64,000 nt of DNA. Origin: Haplodiscus bocki (lineage: Eukaryota). Below, in pieces: positions 12,834-26,180 of the stretch (its first letter is position 1; each line of letters opens with the position of its first letter). The stretch is taken from assembly GCA_965655095.1 (NCBI GenBank), contig OZ296657.1, forward strand, positions 34,224,001-34,288,000. Direction: 5' to 3'. The notes under the pieces are model-generated. The model was given only the letters and a program-made list of their open reading frames with translations, was not told where the DNA came from and searched no databases. The translations under genes and the position numbers were made by a program.

Positions 12834-15023
12834 TTTCGATGCAATGCTTTTCAGTGCAGTGTGGAAATGGTGCTATTAGAACTGATTTATATGGAGGGAA
12901 ACAGAAGAGGTTATTTTAGGCGACTGTATTTGAAAGCTAGTTCCAATTTAATGCAACGGGAAGAGCCTCCGTTTAGTCTTCGGGACGTTCGTGAATGAAT
13001 TAAGTTCACAGTGAACTTATTTTGGCGACTCGAAGCAACCACTTGGTGAAATGAAATGCGATAAAATGATTGCTTGTTTGTGCATACCGAGTATTTATAC
13101 CAACGAACTGTGCTGAGATGTCTTGATGGTACGTTGTTACCTGCTTTTGTCCTCTGTGACTGGAAAATTGAGTTCAGATTATGAACCTCGTTATACAAGT
13201 AGAACAATCGCTGTCTTTAGTAGCTCGGTTCCACGTCTCGAAAGAGGTCTGTCTTTTAATTCAGTTCACTTTGGACTTTCGTGTTTTATCGTTTGTGGTC
13301 TTTTATTGGTCAACGAATCCAAAAGCCCGTAAGGGGCTCTTTGAACGCATACTGAACGGATTGAATTTGAGGTGAACATATCTTCCATGACAACCTTGAT
13401 CAGGATAAACTGCGTGCTGAACTTAATTGTGATAGCTTACCCTTGGCCTCTGAATGAAAACATCACGCTTTGAACTTGAAATCTAAATTGCCTCCGCTTG
13501 GCTAATTCTCTTCAAGTCTGAGATATGAAAGAAATCTGGTACTATCTCATCGCCGAAGGCCTTTATGTGCTTAGATACGTTTGAACACGCACTGAGACGT
13601 GTTTGCGGATTGCAAAATGTCATTTGAACCGTTAATTATTGTCAGTCGTACGCACGTTTCAATTTGGCTTATCTTTATTTGAAAAAAAAGTGGTCAATCA
13701 GAAATGAACTTTGACACTGTTAATGTGTAAAGGTCAACCTTTTGTTGGAGGTTGTAGAAAGTTTTTGTCTACTGATGAAAGAGTTTTATAGTGTAAATAT
13801 TCTGTCCATGAAAAACAATCATGTTTCACTGCTTTTTAGGCAGATTTCACTTTTCGCATCTTAGGGCATCTTTCGCAAATCAATTCGTGATTGGCCGACA
13901 GCGATAAAGTGAAGCTGATTAATTTGTTTTTTATTCACTTTCATTCTTTTATATTAACTTTATTTCCACTTAGAGCGAACGTTACTGTTTACTCTTCAAT
14001 TTGAAGTGCATGTAGTAATAGATTCATGTATTCTCAAAATATACATTTTCAAATTTATAAATTTAATTCGCATCTTATTTTCCGCATTTTCAAAACTATC
14101 AGCCGATTTCTTTCTAAATTCCATAATATTTACTATTCGAAGTTTTTTGCGCTGAATGGCTGTCATCCTTGATGCCTATGATTTGAAATACAGTTGAATA
14201 TATTTTCCATCCAGTGTTATTTTCCCCGAGAAATCATTTTGAGACTCCGTTTTGAAGCGCTATTGTAAAGCAATATTTTTTGGTTGGTTTTCTTGTACTT
14301 TTCAAATATTTTTGTTTTTGCTTTCAAATTTGATTTTTTCCAATGACTCGACAAACGCAACAGTATTCGTAGTCTATATCGCCTGCAAAGTTCGAAAACT
14401 TGAAAATATTTAATGCGTTTTTGGAAAATTTCATTATAGCAAAAGGCAATAATTTGATTTTTTTTTTCAAGATTTGACCTTCCCATGCCCTCGAAATTGC
14501 GAAGTAACCCTTTCTGTAAAATTTTGTCCATATGTTGCATCCCTATTTATGGCGCTGTCCAAATTATGCAACCGTAGCATGCCATTGTCACGAGTTCAGA
14601 GAAAAAAGTATGACAAGTGGATAATAAGCGCTGTCGCTCTCCATCGTTTCAAAGTGCCGAGTATGGTATCATTAAAAACTATATATAGTAAGTTTAGTCA
14701 ATGCAAAAATGGTATCACAAAAAGAATTTCGGAGAACAGTGCAAGACTTTTTCAAACATTAAGTGATAGGGCATTGCTTTAATATACGCATTTTTCCTGC
14801 GAACAGTTATTCGAAAACTCAATTTTGACTGCTGGTAACCAAAGCTAATGCCGAATGATACTAGAAAGAAAATTGATGAAATTTGGAGGATTACAAGAAG
14901 TCTATCTGTAGGTTTTTGGGACCTTCCGTATGTGATTTAATTCTTTCGGGCTGATAATCTTCAGTTGCACGTCTTCAGGTACTTTATCTAACGTACCCAG
15001 AGTGCTTGCTGCTGTTTTTCCTG

Positions 15024-15422
15024 GTATGCTATAAAGTCACGCTAACTTTTGTCAATTTTCACGCCGAAATTCATGAAATTTCACGCTGATTTCAGGCGAT
15101 TTTTCGCAAGATGTTGATTTTTTTCAGATAAAATTGATGAAAATCAGTTACCGATTTGCTGTCGCTGGAAAAAAATTCTCAAGCAGCTATAAGAAAAATC
15201 AGCATTCGCAATTTTTGCCAACATGGAACTTTCTGGGAGCTTGGTTTCACCTCCAGTCTCAAAAAGTTGCATTTTTTTGTTGAAATTCATCAAACTAGGC
15301 GTCTGATAATTGAAACGAGGGATCAAAATCAGTAAAATAAACCTTGTTTTCACTTTTTGTTGTTTACGCTAAAAGTTTTCACGTGAATGTACAAAAATTC
15401 ACCGCTTGATTTTATAGTATGC
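15024..15422. mobile_element. Putative MITE with imperfect terminal inverted repeats
   Basis: Left end GTATGCTATAAAGTCACGC matches the reverse complement of the right end, GCATACTATAAAATCAAGC. Similarity continues ~50 bp inward. The interior is non-coding and no TSD was resolved. Confidence 0.5.
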
Positions 15423-15656
15423 GTGTGTGTTACTCTCCGCCGTTTCATATGGCTGCTAAATGATCCAAGTCAGCTCTAAAATTTTGTTCATTTCTATGAA
15501 TTTTTCTCTTCTATATATTATGAACTTATCAGTCATTTAACGTGAGATTGGCTCATTTCCCTTTTGGCCTTGCTAAATTCTTAGCTTTTAATTCCTAGCA
15601 ACCAGAGGGTCGTTTTCCAAAACCAAAGGAAGTATCACCATATTTCACCTTAATAG

Positions 15657-15725
15657 AACCAATGCTGAGATTCAAACCCTCACGCTATATACTAGTAACC
15701 GTTTCGTTTAACCAACTGCAGCGAA
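15657..15725 (-). repeat. Possible tRNA-derived SINE head (degenerate)
   Basis: Minus strand reads GCTGCAGTTGGTTAACG...GAGGGTTTGAATCTCAGC, i.e. A-box and B-box-like motifs at tRNA-like spacing. No clean cloverleaf. Confidence 0.3.
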
Positions 15726-15859
15726 AGATTTGGAATTAATGCGTCTTTTATTTTGCATTTACTAAAAATTGTTATTTGGCTCTGTGGGATTGATCTTCGG
15801 GCGTCTTTGTAATAAATAGTTCGACACTTTCACTCTAAAGGTGCCGATTGAAAGCAAAT

Positions 15860-16525
15860 GCGAGACAAAACCGCTAATTTTAGAGTGGGACAAAACCACT
15901 GATTTATAATAATACAGATCGCCAGTTTTTTTCAGTTTTCGTAAAGATACCAGGTGTTCCAGATAAAAGCGCCCTGGCCTAATTACTGATAATTAGCAAT
16001 TAAATTTACCATTATACTAATGAAGTGGTTCAGCCACAAAATACCTAAAAGTAATACTCAAAGACCTTGGCACAAATAAATTGCTCAAAGAAATGGAATT
16101 TTTTGAGGTTGTGTAAAAGACAAAGTTTGAAAATTTGGACGGCCACGAACAGCTAAATATGAAAATTGATAATCCCAGAATCTGCAAAACTAAAATTATT
16201 GTCTCCTAATGAAATGCCAATGCAACTGATGTACCACTACAGAAAACAACCTATTTGAATTTTTACAGAATAATTTTTCTGATTTTTTCTTGATACCACC
16301 AAAAATTTAATGGAGTTTTAGTCTTTTCAGGAGGAGACGTTCTAGTTATTCAGAGGAATTCGATACACAGAAGATGGGGGATGGGTGATACAAATTCAGA
16401 TGGATGCCCGACAAAACCGCCGTGCTTAAGATGAGACATAACCGCCGATTCTGAAAAAGACAAAACCGCTGTTAATTAGAACGAGAAAAAATCGCCGCTT
16501 GGTAAAAATAAACATCGCCGATTCA
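15860..16525 (+). repeat. Repeat with GACAAAACC(G/A)C subrepeats, copy 1
   Basis: Clusters of GAGACAAAACCGC-like motifs at 15862-15900 and 16408-16500. 15955-16020 matches the reverse complement of 20865-20935. Confidence 0.55.
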
Positions 16526-18994
16526 ATCAGTGCAAAATCAAAGCTCAGTAGAATGAACAATTAATTCAATTACATATTGTAATGAATTCGAGTAAAAACT
16601 GAATCTTGAAAAAATTCAAAGTTCGTGCATATTGTGCTATGAATGATTTTGTTTTGAGTTGTATGGTAGGTAATAAATTCGCTGTTATATAGCATTAAAA
16701 GAGCAGAGCTCGTTGAAATTCCCACATTTATGGTCAAATGCGATTCAGAAAAGCGGCATGAACGGTCATTTGAATTGAGCCGACCCAACCGAATAGCAAC
16801 CAAACCAAAAATCGTTTTTCTTTCCGACAACTACCTACGAGCCTCTACTTAGAATCGAATGTTCGAAATCAATCATTTATTGATTAGGATAGGATAAAAA
16901 ACATCGAATTTTTCAGTTGAACTTTTGAAAACTTCAGACAAAATTACAGTTGAGGTCAGTTACAATGAACAATTGAGACAAGTGCTGCGCCTTTGAAAGG
17001 CTGGTCTGTTTCTTTGTCACGCTCTGTTCTTTGATGGGCATGGTTTTTTATGACTTCATCAAAGATTAATAATGAGGGTTTAGTGCGCAACTCTGACACT
17101 CGGCGAAGGACGCAAGCGTATGTCCGTCAACTGTAGTTTTTGAAAAAAAGTAGAAAAGTTTACCGTATTCTCAGAGCAAATGCGAAAGTTTGCAAAAAAG
17201 ATAGATGGAGCGAATGAAGGTAATTAAAAACCAACGTTGAGTCATTCCTGACAAATAGTTCATGTTATCAATTTTGTCGGTTTCCTGTTTCAACATAAGA
17301 GCCTGGACGCGTTTGTGGATCTGTTCCAGTTCTCGTCTTTCTTGCCCAGACAATTTTCGCCGGCATTTATTTTTTCGACTTTGAACTCCACGTCTTTTTT
17401 GGGAGTCTTTGAAGTGGGCGTTGACCCTGGAAATATTGGGGATGTTTTACTTTCACGGCGTTGTCGCCAATCCTGTTATTCTTTCTCATCTCCACAATTT
17501 ATTGATTTTGTTTTTTCCGGCCTTACGGCGTGGTAAACTTTCCATTCACTAACTGCGAATGTTGATGCACGCCTGCCAGTTCCAATTCGTTGAGGGACAC
17601 CTATGTGCGTCTTTTCAAATTACTCCGAAAACTTTCACATCGGCATCGCCATTAGAGTCTGGGCTTTTCAATCCCTTAATGACAACTTTGGTCGGGAGAT
17701 ATGCAAGGGGAGTGGCCATACGCACATCTTTGCAATATGCATCTTGCGCTGCCCCATACCGCGAGTTTTTGCTGTGGCCTCGTAAGTGTTGGAGTAGGGA
17801 TTGAAGGAACTGAAAATAGTTGCACGATGTTTCGAAAATGCTAGAAATTGCTTCTATGCATTGCGTATTGCTCTTTGGATGTCGATTGTAATGGAGGATA
17901 TGCTCAAATTTTTGGTTCTATGAATAGTCTGGAATAACTTTCTTGTTCAGGAGTAGCACGTAGACGAGAGGAGTGATGGAAGTTTTTGCGAGGCGAGCGA
18001 GACTTCACTATCAATTGCATATCCTTGATGAAGAAACATCGAACCATGTAGAAAATGTGTTGTCCCAATACCTTCTATCAGAATCCTTCTGAGCCCCCAA
18101 GTTTAAAGGTGTGGTGAAATTAATTAGTCGCTAGATAATGGGAGCCACTGTCTTAGTACAGAAACGCGTCTTCGCTGTAGTTAATCTTGACACTGCCAGG
18201 GTTATCAAAAATGTCGGTCAGGGTTTTGCGTTGGCATATGGAATATGTCGTTGCTTTGACGCGATTGACCTTTTTCCTGGTCGGACCAACCTCAAGAGGA
18301 AAGGACATAGAAGCTCTCTCCTAACTGCTCAGGTCCTATGAGATAAATTAGCTCGCTCCTTAACATTTTCCTTGACTTTCTGGCGTTTCAATTGTCAGGG
18401 GATTGGCCATGTCAATATTCATTTTTATTTTAATTTCATGCTGGATAAGATTCATTCCTTCCTCACAATGGGTTTCATTGGAACGCAACGATAATCTTTT
18501 TTTTGATTGTGCCGCATTTTCGGTAGATAACCTTCTTGAATGTCAAGTTCAGTAAGTTTCTGGCTAGTTGTTATTGCTTTTTTGCAAAGTGCAATCGGGT
18601 AGCAATTTGAAGTGGAAATTTCGCGTCGAACGATTGTAGTTATCTTCGAATTGACACTTGAGGGTGTTAAAGTTCTATTGGAATTCGCGTTCTCAGTTTT
18701 CATGCCTCTATCTCCTTGATAATTACTTTGATTTCATCAACGAGGTATTACTATCAAGAAGCTGTTAAGTAAATGATGTTTGTTTTCATTGATTCCCTTG
18801 AAATCTTGTTTTCTTTGCGACGTGCAATTGTTTATTGGATTTCAAATAATGGCGCAGGAAAACGCTGTGGTTTTATACCGCAAGAAACTGCTGTTTTTTG
18901 TGATTCACGAAATGGGTGGTTTTGTCTCGTTTCCAAAATTGGCTGTTTTGTCTCAAATTTGGTGGTTCTGTCCTGCTCCCATTAAGGTATACGG

Positions 18995-20763
18995 CAGAGA
19001 TGCACAAGTGTTATAAACAAGGAGAAAAAACGTGTTTAAAACCCATCGAAAAAAACACATCGTTTTTTTTGTTTTTTATTTTTTCATTTTTAAAATATTT
19101 CAATATTATATCAATACAATTTTTCGACAACATTGTTCAATTTGATAAATATTTGAAGACTTAGATCTGCTGTGTTTTCAAAATATTTCGTAATTTAAGA
19201 TTTATATGAAAAATGCCCAGACAAAAAGATGCCATCTGGGAATATTTCTCTGAAATTGTAGTGAATGGTGCCATTAGAGCAAAATGCAAAATGTGCGGTG
19301 ATGATAATGCATGATTGGTAGCCCGAATGAAACGTCATGTTGAAGACTATCGTAAACGTCATAATCAAGAGCCTACAAGTTCATCTGGATCTGCTAGCAA
19401 TCCAATTCCAGTGGAGGGTTCCACACCAGCAAAACAGCTAAAGCAAAGCACCCTTTCGGTTTTTACCACGACGCCAAAGAAACAAGATCAAATCGATTTT
19501 CAAATTGCAGGGTATATAAAACTAAAATAGAGTAATTTTGGACAGGATTTGTTGTAATGTTTTCGAAAATTTATACTATAATTTTTAAAATTGTTTAGGT
19601 GCATAATCGCGACAAACAGTCCCTTCACTTTTTCCGGCAATTAGCAGTTTAAGTGTTTAGTGGAGATGTCGAGACCTGGAACAACGGTTCCAAACAGAAA
19701 CAAAATTTCCGATGAACTTGTTGATAAGATATACGACGAAGAAACACTAAAAGTTGCCGCTGTTGTTATGGTCTTTCTGCCACAATTGTCATCGATGGAT
19801 GGTCAACACTGGATAATCAACCTGTCTTGGGGATTTCGTTTTGTTCTGGTGGCAAAAGTTTCCTAGTCAACACAATTGGAATACTGCAACGGAAGTCTTG
19901 GATTACTTTGTGAAACATTGGAGTTCTCTTGGCAATATTATCAATACAAAACTCAGCTCAACAGATCCGGTATATAGGTTTATGGAACAAGTACACTTTA
20001 AGCGAAGTGCCACGGATGCTCTACTTTTCTTGAAACCTCTAGCGACTGCTCTTGATCCAACTATTGCGGGCTATCGCTTACGTACGAGATTTGGCAGTCT
20101 GTCATTGAATGTGCCCCTGATACATTTGTTGAAAAATTGAGTAATCGCAGAAACATGGCAGCTTCTGATGTTCAATTAGCCGGGTACTTATTAGATCACT
20201 GGTTTTCTGGCCGAAAATTGCAGCCATGCGAAGTTCTTGAAGCTGAACAGTATTTACAGAGTCTGAGTGAAGATATAATGCCAGAAGTTTCAAAATATTT
20301 AGTAAAACAACCTCCATATTCGAGTTATCTCTTCGAAGGTTCATACAAAGACGTAGATACTGTGTCCTGGTGGAAGTCAGGGCTACGGTTGGGTTTGAGC
20401 GCTCAATTAGTGGATATTGCTGTATCGCTTGTGTCAGCCGTTTTGTCATCGGCAGGTCTTGAACGCCATTTTTCTAGTTTGGGCTTAACTTACGGATGTT
20501 TGCGTACACGTCTTGGAGTCGAAAAGGCAGGAAAACTTGCGTTCTTGCATCAACAATTGAACAATTAACTTTAAAATTTAACGAACTTTTTATCACTCTA
20601 TCAGTTTAACATTCCTTTTATCTACCACTTTTAAAAAAAATTGAGTTTTGTTATATTTCGTATTATTTGTTGTTTTTTCAGTTTTTCAGGAAAAAAAACA
20701 AAGAAAACGAAAAAACCTGTTTTTTGTTTAATTGGGAAAAAAACGTTTGAAACAGCATCCCTG
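18995..20763 (+). mobile_element. hAT DNA transposon, internally deleted and decayed
   Basis: Termini are CAGAGATGC... and ...GCATCCCTG. 8-bp TSD gtatacgg (18987-18994) vs gtatatgg (20764-20771), differing by one CpG transition. Contains a transposase remnant. Confidence 0.9.
19213..20568 (+). pseudogene. hAT transposase pseudogene (BED finger to C-terminal dimerization domain)
   Basis: BED finger MPRQKDAIWEYF...AKCKMC...RMKRH with an internal stop. A predicted intron at 19512-19598 restores QIAGCIIATNSPF. C-terminus WWKS...SSAGLERHFSSLGLTYGCLRTRLGVEKAGKL. Confidence 0.85.
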
Positions 20764-22830
20764 GTATATGGAAAAAAAGTTTCTTGAAAATCTTTGACGA
20801 TGGCAGTTCCGAAAATTTGTTCGCCACAATAATTCAAAAAATATGCATTGAGGTTGGTTTTTGAGTTTCTATTAGTACTTGGTAAAATAATTGCTAATTA
20901 TCGATAATTGGGCCAAGACGCTTTTGTCGGAGCAACAATTTTGATGGCAGTCTGCTCTCATTTATTAAATTAACGGTTCTTTCTCTTTTAAATTTAGATG
21001 TTTTGTCCTGCTCGCTGTAAAGAATCTAAGATGGAGTTTAGAGTCGGGCTTTAACAAAGCTTATCTTTATAGTAGATAGGATGAAAGAATTAAATATGCC
21101 TGTAGTTTCATGGAAAATTAGCTCTTGGAAAGAACAAAGGATGCGATATGGATTTGAGAGATGCAATTAACTCTGGTTTTAGCCTGAAATTGTAAAGTTT
21201 TTTTTTAGGTTGGAACCAAAATCTGCTTCCAATGACGGTCACTGGGTGACCACTTATTGCCAGATGATTATTTGGCCTTGATAATATCTGATCAGCAACT
21301 GAATTATCTTTTCAAATGTCAAATATTCACCAAGTAAATCTACTCTAATTAAAAGTCGGCTTGGAAAAACAAGAAACACGAATATGCGTTGAGACATTTA
21401 ATCAGCAAACTAACCTTTGCTGAACTTGAGTTCGTTCACATTTTCAAAATTCCTTCATAGTTGATCTAACAAATCGCGATAATAGTATGTTTTGTAACGA
21501 ATTACATGTTACGTATGATTCCATAAAGAAGCCAATAGGTTTGTTAAACTGAAACTCTTTGCATTTAGGTTACCTCAAATTTTCGTTATAATACAATTTT
21601 CAGTTCCGATCTCACTAACAATCGAAATACAACCGTATATAAGGGAATGCCCACGGATGTCTAGTTTGATTGTTCACATCACAAATAGAGTATTTCCCTT
21701 GTTAATATCAATTTAGTGACAGCTTGTTTCTTTATGCTCTAATAGGTGGCCAAGAAGATCAGTTTTTAGGCTTTGGGCCGAGCTCAATTACCTTTGAACA
21801 TTTTTCATTTTTTAGATTGACTTTTCCCACTTTTTTTCACTGCATTTACCATGTACTTGCGGCTTCGACTATCCTGGTTTTTCGAGAACGTAAGAACTGA
21901 TTTGTTCTTGGGATCAGTGAGCTCTGCAATACTTAAAACAACTCACAAAATACCATTTAGCTAATGAAGAGTTTGGCTAAGTTATCTATCTGGGCAAATT
22001 TGACGGGATGTTATCTTTTGGATTTTTAGTTGGCGCATTTTAGAAGAAAAATTGCCCGACTTCTACGTTGCCTTTTTTCCGACCTCTGAAATCGAGGAAA
22101 TTCTACAAAAATTCTACAGTTTAGTATTGGAGTTTTAGAAAAGGCAACCCAACGCCCGGAAACGTAATACAGAAATTCCAAAAAAAACCCTGGCCCAAAA
22201 TCACAAAAATCGCAATACTATTTTTTTCCAAAACCAAGAATTGATAATTTTCGTGATACCTCTCTTAGATATGCTGAGACGTACGGACAGCACAGACTTG
22301 GGAAGTTCCCGGCTTGTTAGGCATTAAGCCGATAGGCTTAAGTCGTATAGATTTTACCTTTCTCTTCCTATCTTTCGCAAACCGATTCGTGACTGAGGTA
22401 TTTACCGATCGTAGTGACGCTGATTGAACTACTCATGGCGTAGAAGTTCTGAGTGGTAGCTTAGATGATCTATTTAATGATTTTTGTGCGAAAAATCTGT
22501 ACCTGTATTTGACAATTCAAAAATGTTTGAGTTCGCGTCGAAACTCTTGGTGACTAGTGGTTTGTCCAATGCTAATTCGGATGCTCGCTTTCTAGGGTTT
22601 TTGGTGAGTGACTGGAATAGTTTATTCCCAACTTTTAATGCAGAGCTTTTTAACTTGTTTTCAAAAAATCGAATGTTTTTTTTCGTACGTTATTCGTAAA
22701 AATTTCTTCCTAATGAGTCTGATCGAATTGGTTCCCTCCAGTGTAAATTTTGATACAAAATCTTTCGAAGCCCTCGATATTCAAGAACGGCCCAAGAAGC
22801 AATGAACTGTTGAGTTTGAGTAAATATATC

Positions 22831-23104
22831 GGACCAAGTGAACAATCCCCCCAGACTAACTAGCTATCTGTAGCTGATCAGTATTGAAACCGGTGGCTTG
22901 AGCACCACTACATCGTGCATATGAAAGCCCTCGGTACTCTTGGAGATAATGACTTGGTATCAATAATAACTAGTGATACTTTTAGTTGGATACCTCTTAC
23001 GATTATTCGTTTCTCTTGCTGCGATTACTTAAAAGTAACCTAGTGAATTATCTCCCCCCAAGCAGCATTTGGTGGGGGGGGGGGAGAGATTGTTCACTTG
23101 GTCC
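22831..23104. mobile_element. MITE-like element (~275 bp)
   Basis: Perfect 17-bp inverted repeat GGACCAAGTGAACAATC / GATTGTTCACTTGGTCC, followed inward by a C-run and a G-run. TA lies 2 bp outside each end (possible TSD). Confidence 0.7.
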
Positions 23105-24752
23105 ACTATCTAAAAGTTAATTTCATTTTCCAATGAGGATGAATCCCGTCGTTTTTCAAGTTATCAATCTGTGATAACAGGCTTCTTTACAAAACCTATT
23201 TCTGGTTCCCATAAACCAACTTTATTACTTACGTTAACATCGAATTTCTGAAGTGTTTTCTCGGAGCAACTAGTTATCATTTTCTCCATGATTATTAAAA
23301 TATGGAAAGACAATAACTGTCGCTCGGTGTCTTTTCACACTTTCTTACTGAATGGAAGAATATGTATGGAAACCCGCCTATGCTTAGTTTTTATTATCTT
23401 CCAAAGCTTGCATTTATTGACGTCATCAGATAGTCTAGTGCTCTAGTGTAAACGGTTAAAAATGGCCTCTTTGTGGCAGGTACTTCTTCATTTTCGCGTT
23501 GTTTACTGTCTGAAAACTTCTTAGACATTGAGCACTAAAAAGCGTAACCTGAAAAAACATGACTGACATATCAATCTTTTGAATGAGACAGGTACTTGTT
23601 TCAATTTGAATTTCGAACAAACTCGTGATTGACAGCTGATGTAGTATATCTGAAAGTCAGTCACATCTCCAATCAAAGTTTCAAATGTCTTTTCAGATCC
23701 GTGATCTCAACTGACAAATCAGGATGTGTTGCGAAGTTCTGCTTCGCCTCTGTGTTAATGTAAACTTGCACAAATATGATGGGGTTTTAACAAATTTGTA
23801 GGATTCTGAAAATTTAAATTACTCGGAAGTGTTAATAAAAGTCAAGTGTGATAATGTGTTTCGCGTATTAAACGCTTCATCAAAACTAACTGAAATTAAA
23901 TCATTAATTGAAGTTACCTTCAACTCAGAACATTCGGAAGTTAGCGCAATTGGCGATGCAAAAGCCAATGAATCACTTTGCGAGGCCTCGGATGAGTAAA
24001 CCCTGAAGTGTACCATATTTGCCAAGAATGTCCATAAAATAGATAAATGTGCGTGAGTTAACCTAATTTTATTTTCTGTTACTTCTGGGATCGTTTCTTC
24101 ACTACACAAATTCGATGTTGACAAGTGAACATGTAAAATATGAATTTTACAGGCTAAGGGTATAGTGTTCAAGATTGTTAAATAGTCCGTTTCAAATATG
24201 TTCGAATACATTATCTATCAAAACATATGACCTTCCCGAAGACTAATTGTCCGAATTATATAGTTTTCCTACTTCTCTCAAATGTGCCAACCGCAGAAGT
24301 TTGAAACTTGAATTTATCGCAATTTGGTATTTTCCGTCGTATATTATTACGAATGGAAAATCTTCACATTTCAATTGTCCGCTTTATCTTCTTTTAAATC
24401 TTTATGTATTTTTTATTTACCACAGTATTTGAGTTGCTCTGCTGCCCAGTTCTCTCAATGAGTGGTTCTTAATCATCTTGACCGATGCCCTCGATCTCAA
24501 ACGTAGATAGACACTGCGGTCGGTGTGCCAGCATTGAGGCGGGGAAGCGTGTTGTTTTTCACCGTAATATAGAACTTGGTTTAAAAAATGAGACTCGTCA
24601 TTATTATTGAAAACTATTTTTCTTCGCAAAAATGTAAGTCATCAAGATTTTGCTTATGTTAATAGATAATGTTGGCGCCCTGGTGTCAACGGTTAGACAA
24701 ATTGGACGCATGTGTCGTATATAACTGCGAGACATGTACTTGAAACATTTTC

Positions 24753-25085
24753 GTGAAAATGAGTTCTGAGAAAGCATGCATTTCACTCGATTATCTCCAC
24801 AAACTTGATGCGAAAAATACTGTTGAGTTACGAAAATTATCGACAATGGCCAAGGCTACCTTCTATCGAAACTTGAAAAAAATTGACCCAACAGGGTACG
24901 ATCATGAGAAGGCAGGGAAGTGGCAGACCCCGGGCTTCTCAAAATGATGAAAAATCAGTTTGCCAAAAAGCTCTCATAGCCCCTTGAAATCAACTTTGCA
25001 AATAACCCGAGAGGTTCGAGCATCAAAAAGGATTATTGTGTCCAAATCTACAGTCTATGAGACATCGAGAAGAGCGGAAAACATT
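24753..25085 (+). mobile_element. Tc1/mariner transposase N-terminal remnant
   Basis: HTH-like ELRKLSTMAKATFYRNLKK, then after a frameshift RRQGSGRPR (the Tc1 GRPR motif, ~24907-24933), then a second HTH-like VSKSTVYE. Confidence 0.65.
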
Positions 25086-25619
25086 ATCTGAAATTGCTGA
25101 TGAATTCGATACTTGGACAGTTCCAGCGTTGCATCGATACATATGGGGAATTTTTTGAATGATTTTCTCCGAAAACAAAACAATTCTTTGATCTAGGTAT
25201 CCATTTTTAGTTGGTTTGCGTTGACTCTTTGAAGAGAAATTGAGGACGTTAGGTGTCTCATTTCTTTGAACCAAGCTATATATTGGGAAAGAAAAATCAT
25301 TCCTTCAGTATTCCTCCAGTGTGTTTTCGACGACGATTTGCCTATTCGGAGTGAACATGTTCACCTTTTTTGAGGAAACCAAATTGTTCCCCTGGAAAAG
25401 TAAAATGTAGTTTCGACAGCCTTGCCAAACTTTTTGCTCAAACTCCGGAAAAAACTTTTTTCCTCCAAAATGTTCTAGAAACGTGAAATGCAGTTTTGTT
25501 GGCCCTGCCAAAATACTTCGCCCTAAGTCTGAAATTTTTTCTCTCAAAAGATGAAAAAACATTTTTTTCGGGAAGTTTCCCAAAATATTCCTTATATAAA
25601 ATCTCAAGTTTTGCTTTTG

Positions 25620-26180
25620 CTGAATGTGGAAACTCATTTTCCTCCATAATTACAGGATTCAATTTTTTCATCAGGGTCTCATTCGACAGCTTCTCACTTG
25701 AGAACTCTTAACAGAAGTATCATCATTGTTTTTTTTACGTCCGAATCCTGACAGGCCAAAAGGTTAATCAAAAATGCAGATCTCGGTAGAATTTTCAAAA
25801 CTACCACCTTGACTTTTTGCATCGAGCGTTAAATCGGGAGCTCTCCGCCTGAGGTAGGCTATTCAACAGAAGAGTACTCAATTTTGTTCCTTTCATTGGA
25901 ATTCTGATAGTGGATAAACTACGAAATGCTTTTAATTTAGAGACATCTCGATATTCCACTTCCTTTTTCTCTAACTATTGGCTTGACGTCTTGCATCGAA
26001 ATCTCAATCATCAGCTTTCTACATGTGAAAGATTTAAACAAAAACAGCGGTTGTTTTAGTTTCTTGGATGTCTGATACTGACAGAATCTCGATATTCAAT
26101 TTCATTTTTCCTCAACACTAGCTGCTTTACTTCTGCAAAGTTGTCAATCGACAGCTTTTTTTTTTACTACAGCAGGCCTT
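25620..26180 (-). repeat. Degenerate ~172-bp tandem repeat family, cluster A
   Basis: Reverse-strand copies of the TCGATTGAAACC..GATG.A.GAA.T..A.CC.GTAGTT.TGGAG core, at about 25640-25695, 25950-26010 and 26100-26160. Confidence 0.55.

Larger units (their letters stand above)
18860..21010 (-). repeat. Inverted copy 2 of the GACAAAACC repeat, split by the hAT insertion
   Basis: The reverse complement of 20865-20935 (CCGACAAAAGCGTCTTGGCCCAATTATCGATAATTAGCAATTATTTTACC) matches 15960-16010. GAGACAAAAC motifs resume on the other side of the hAT, at 18915-18975 on the minus strand. Confidence 0.5.

Noticed and set aside
23819-24211. 130-aa ORF as a host exon
   Set aside because: No recognisable domain and no supported splice partners.
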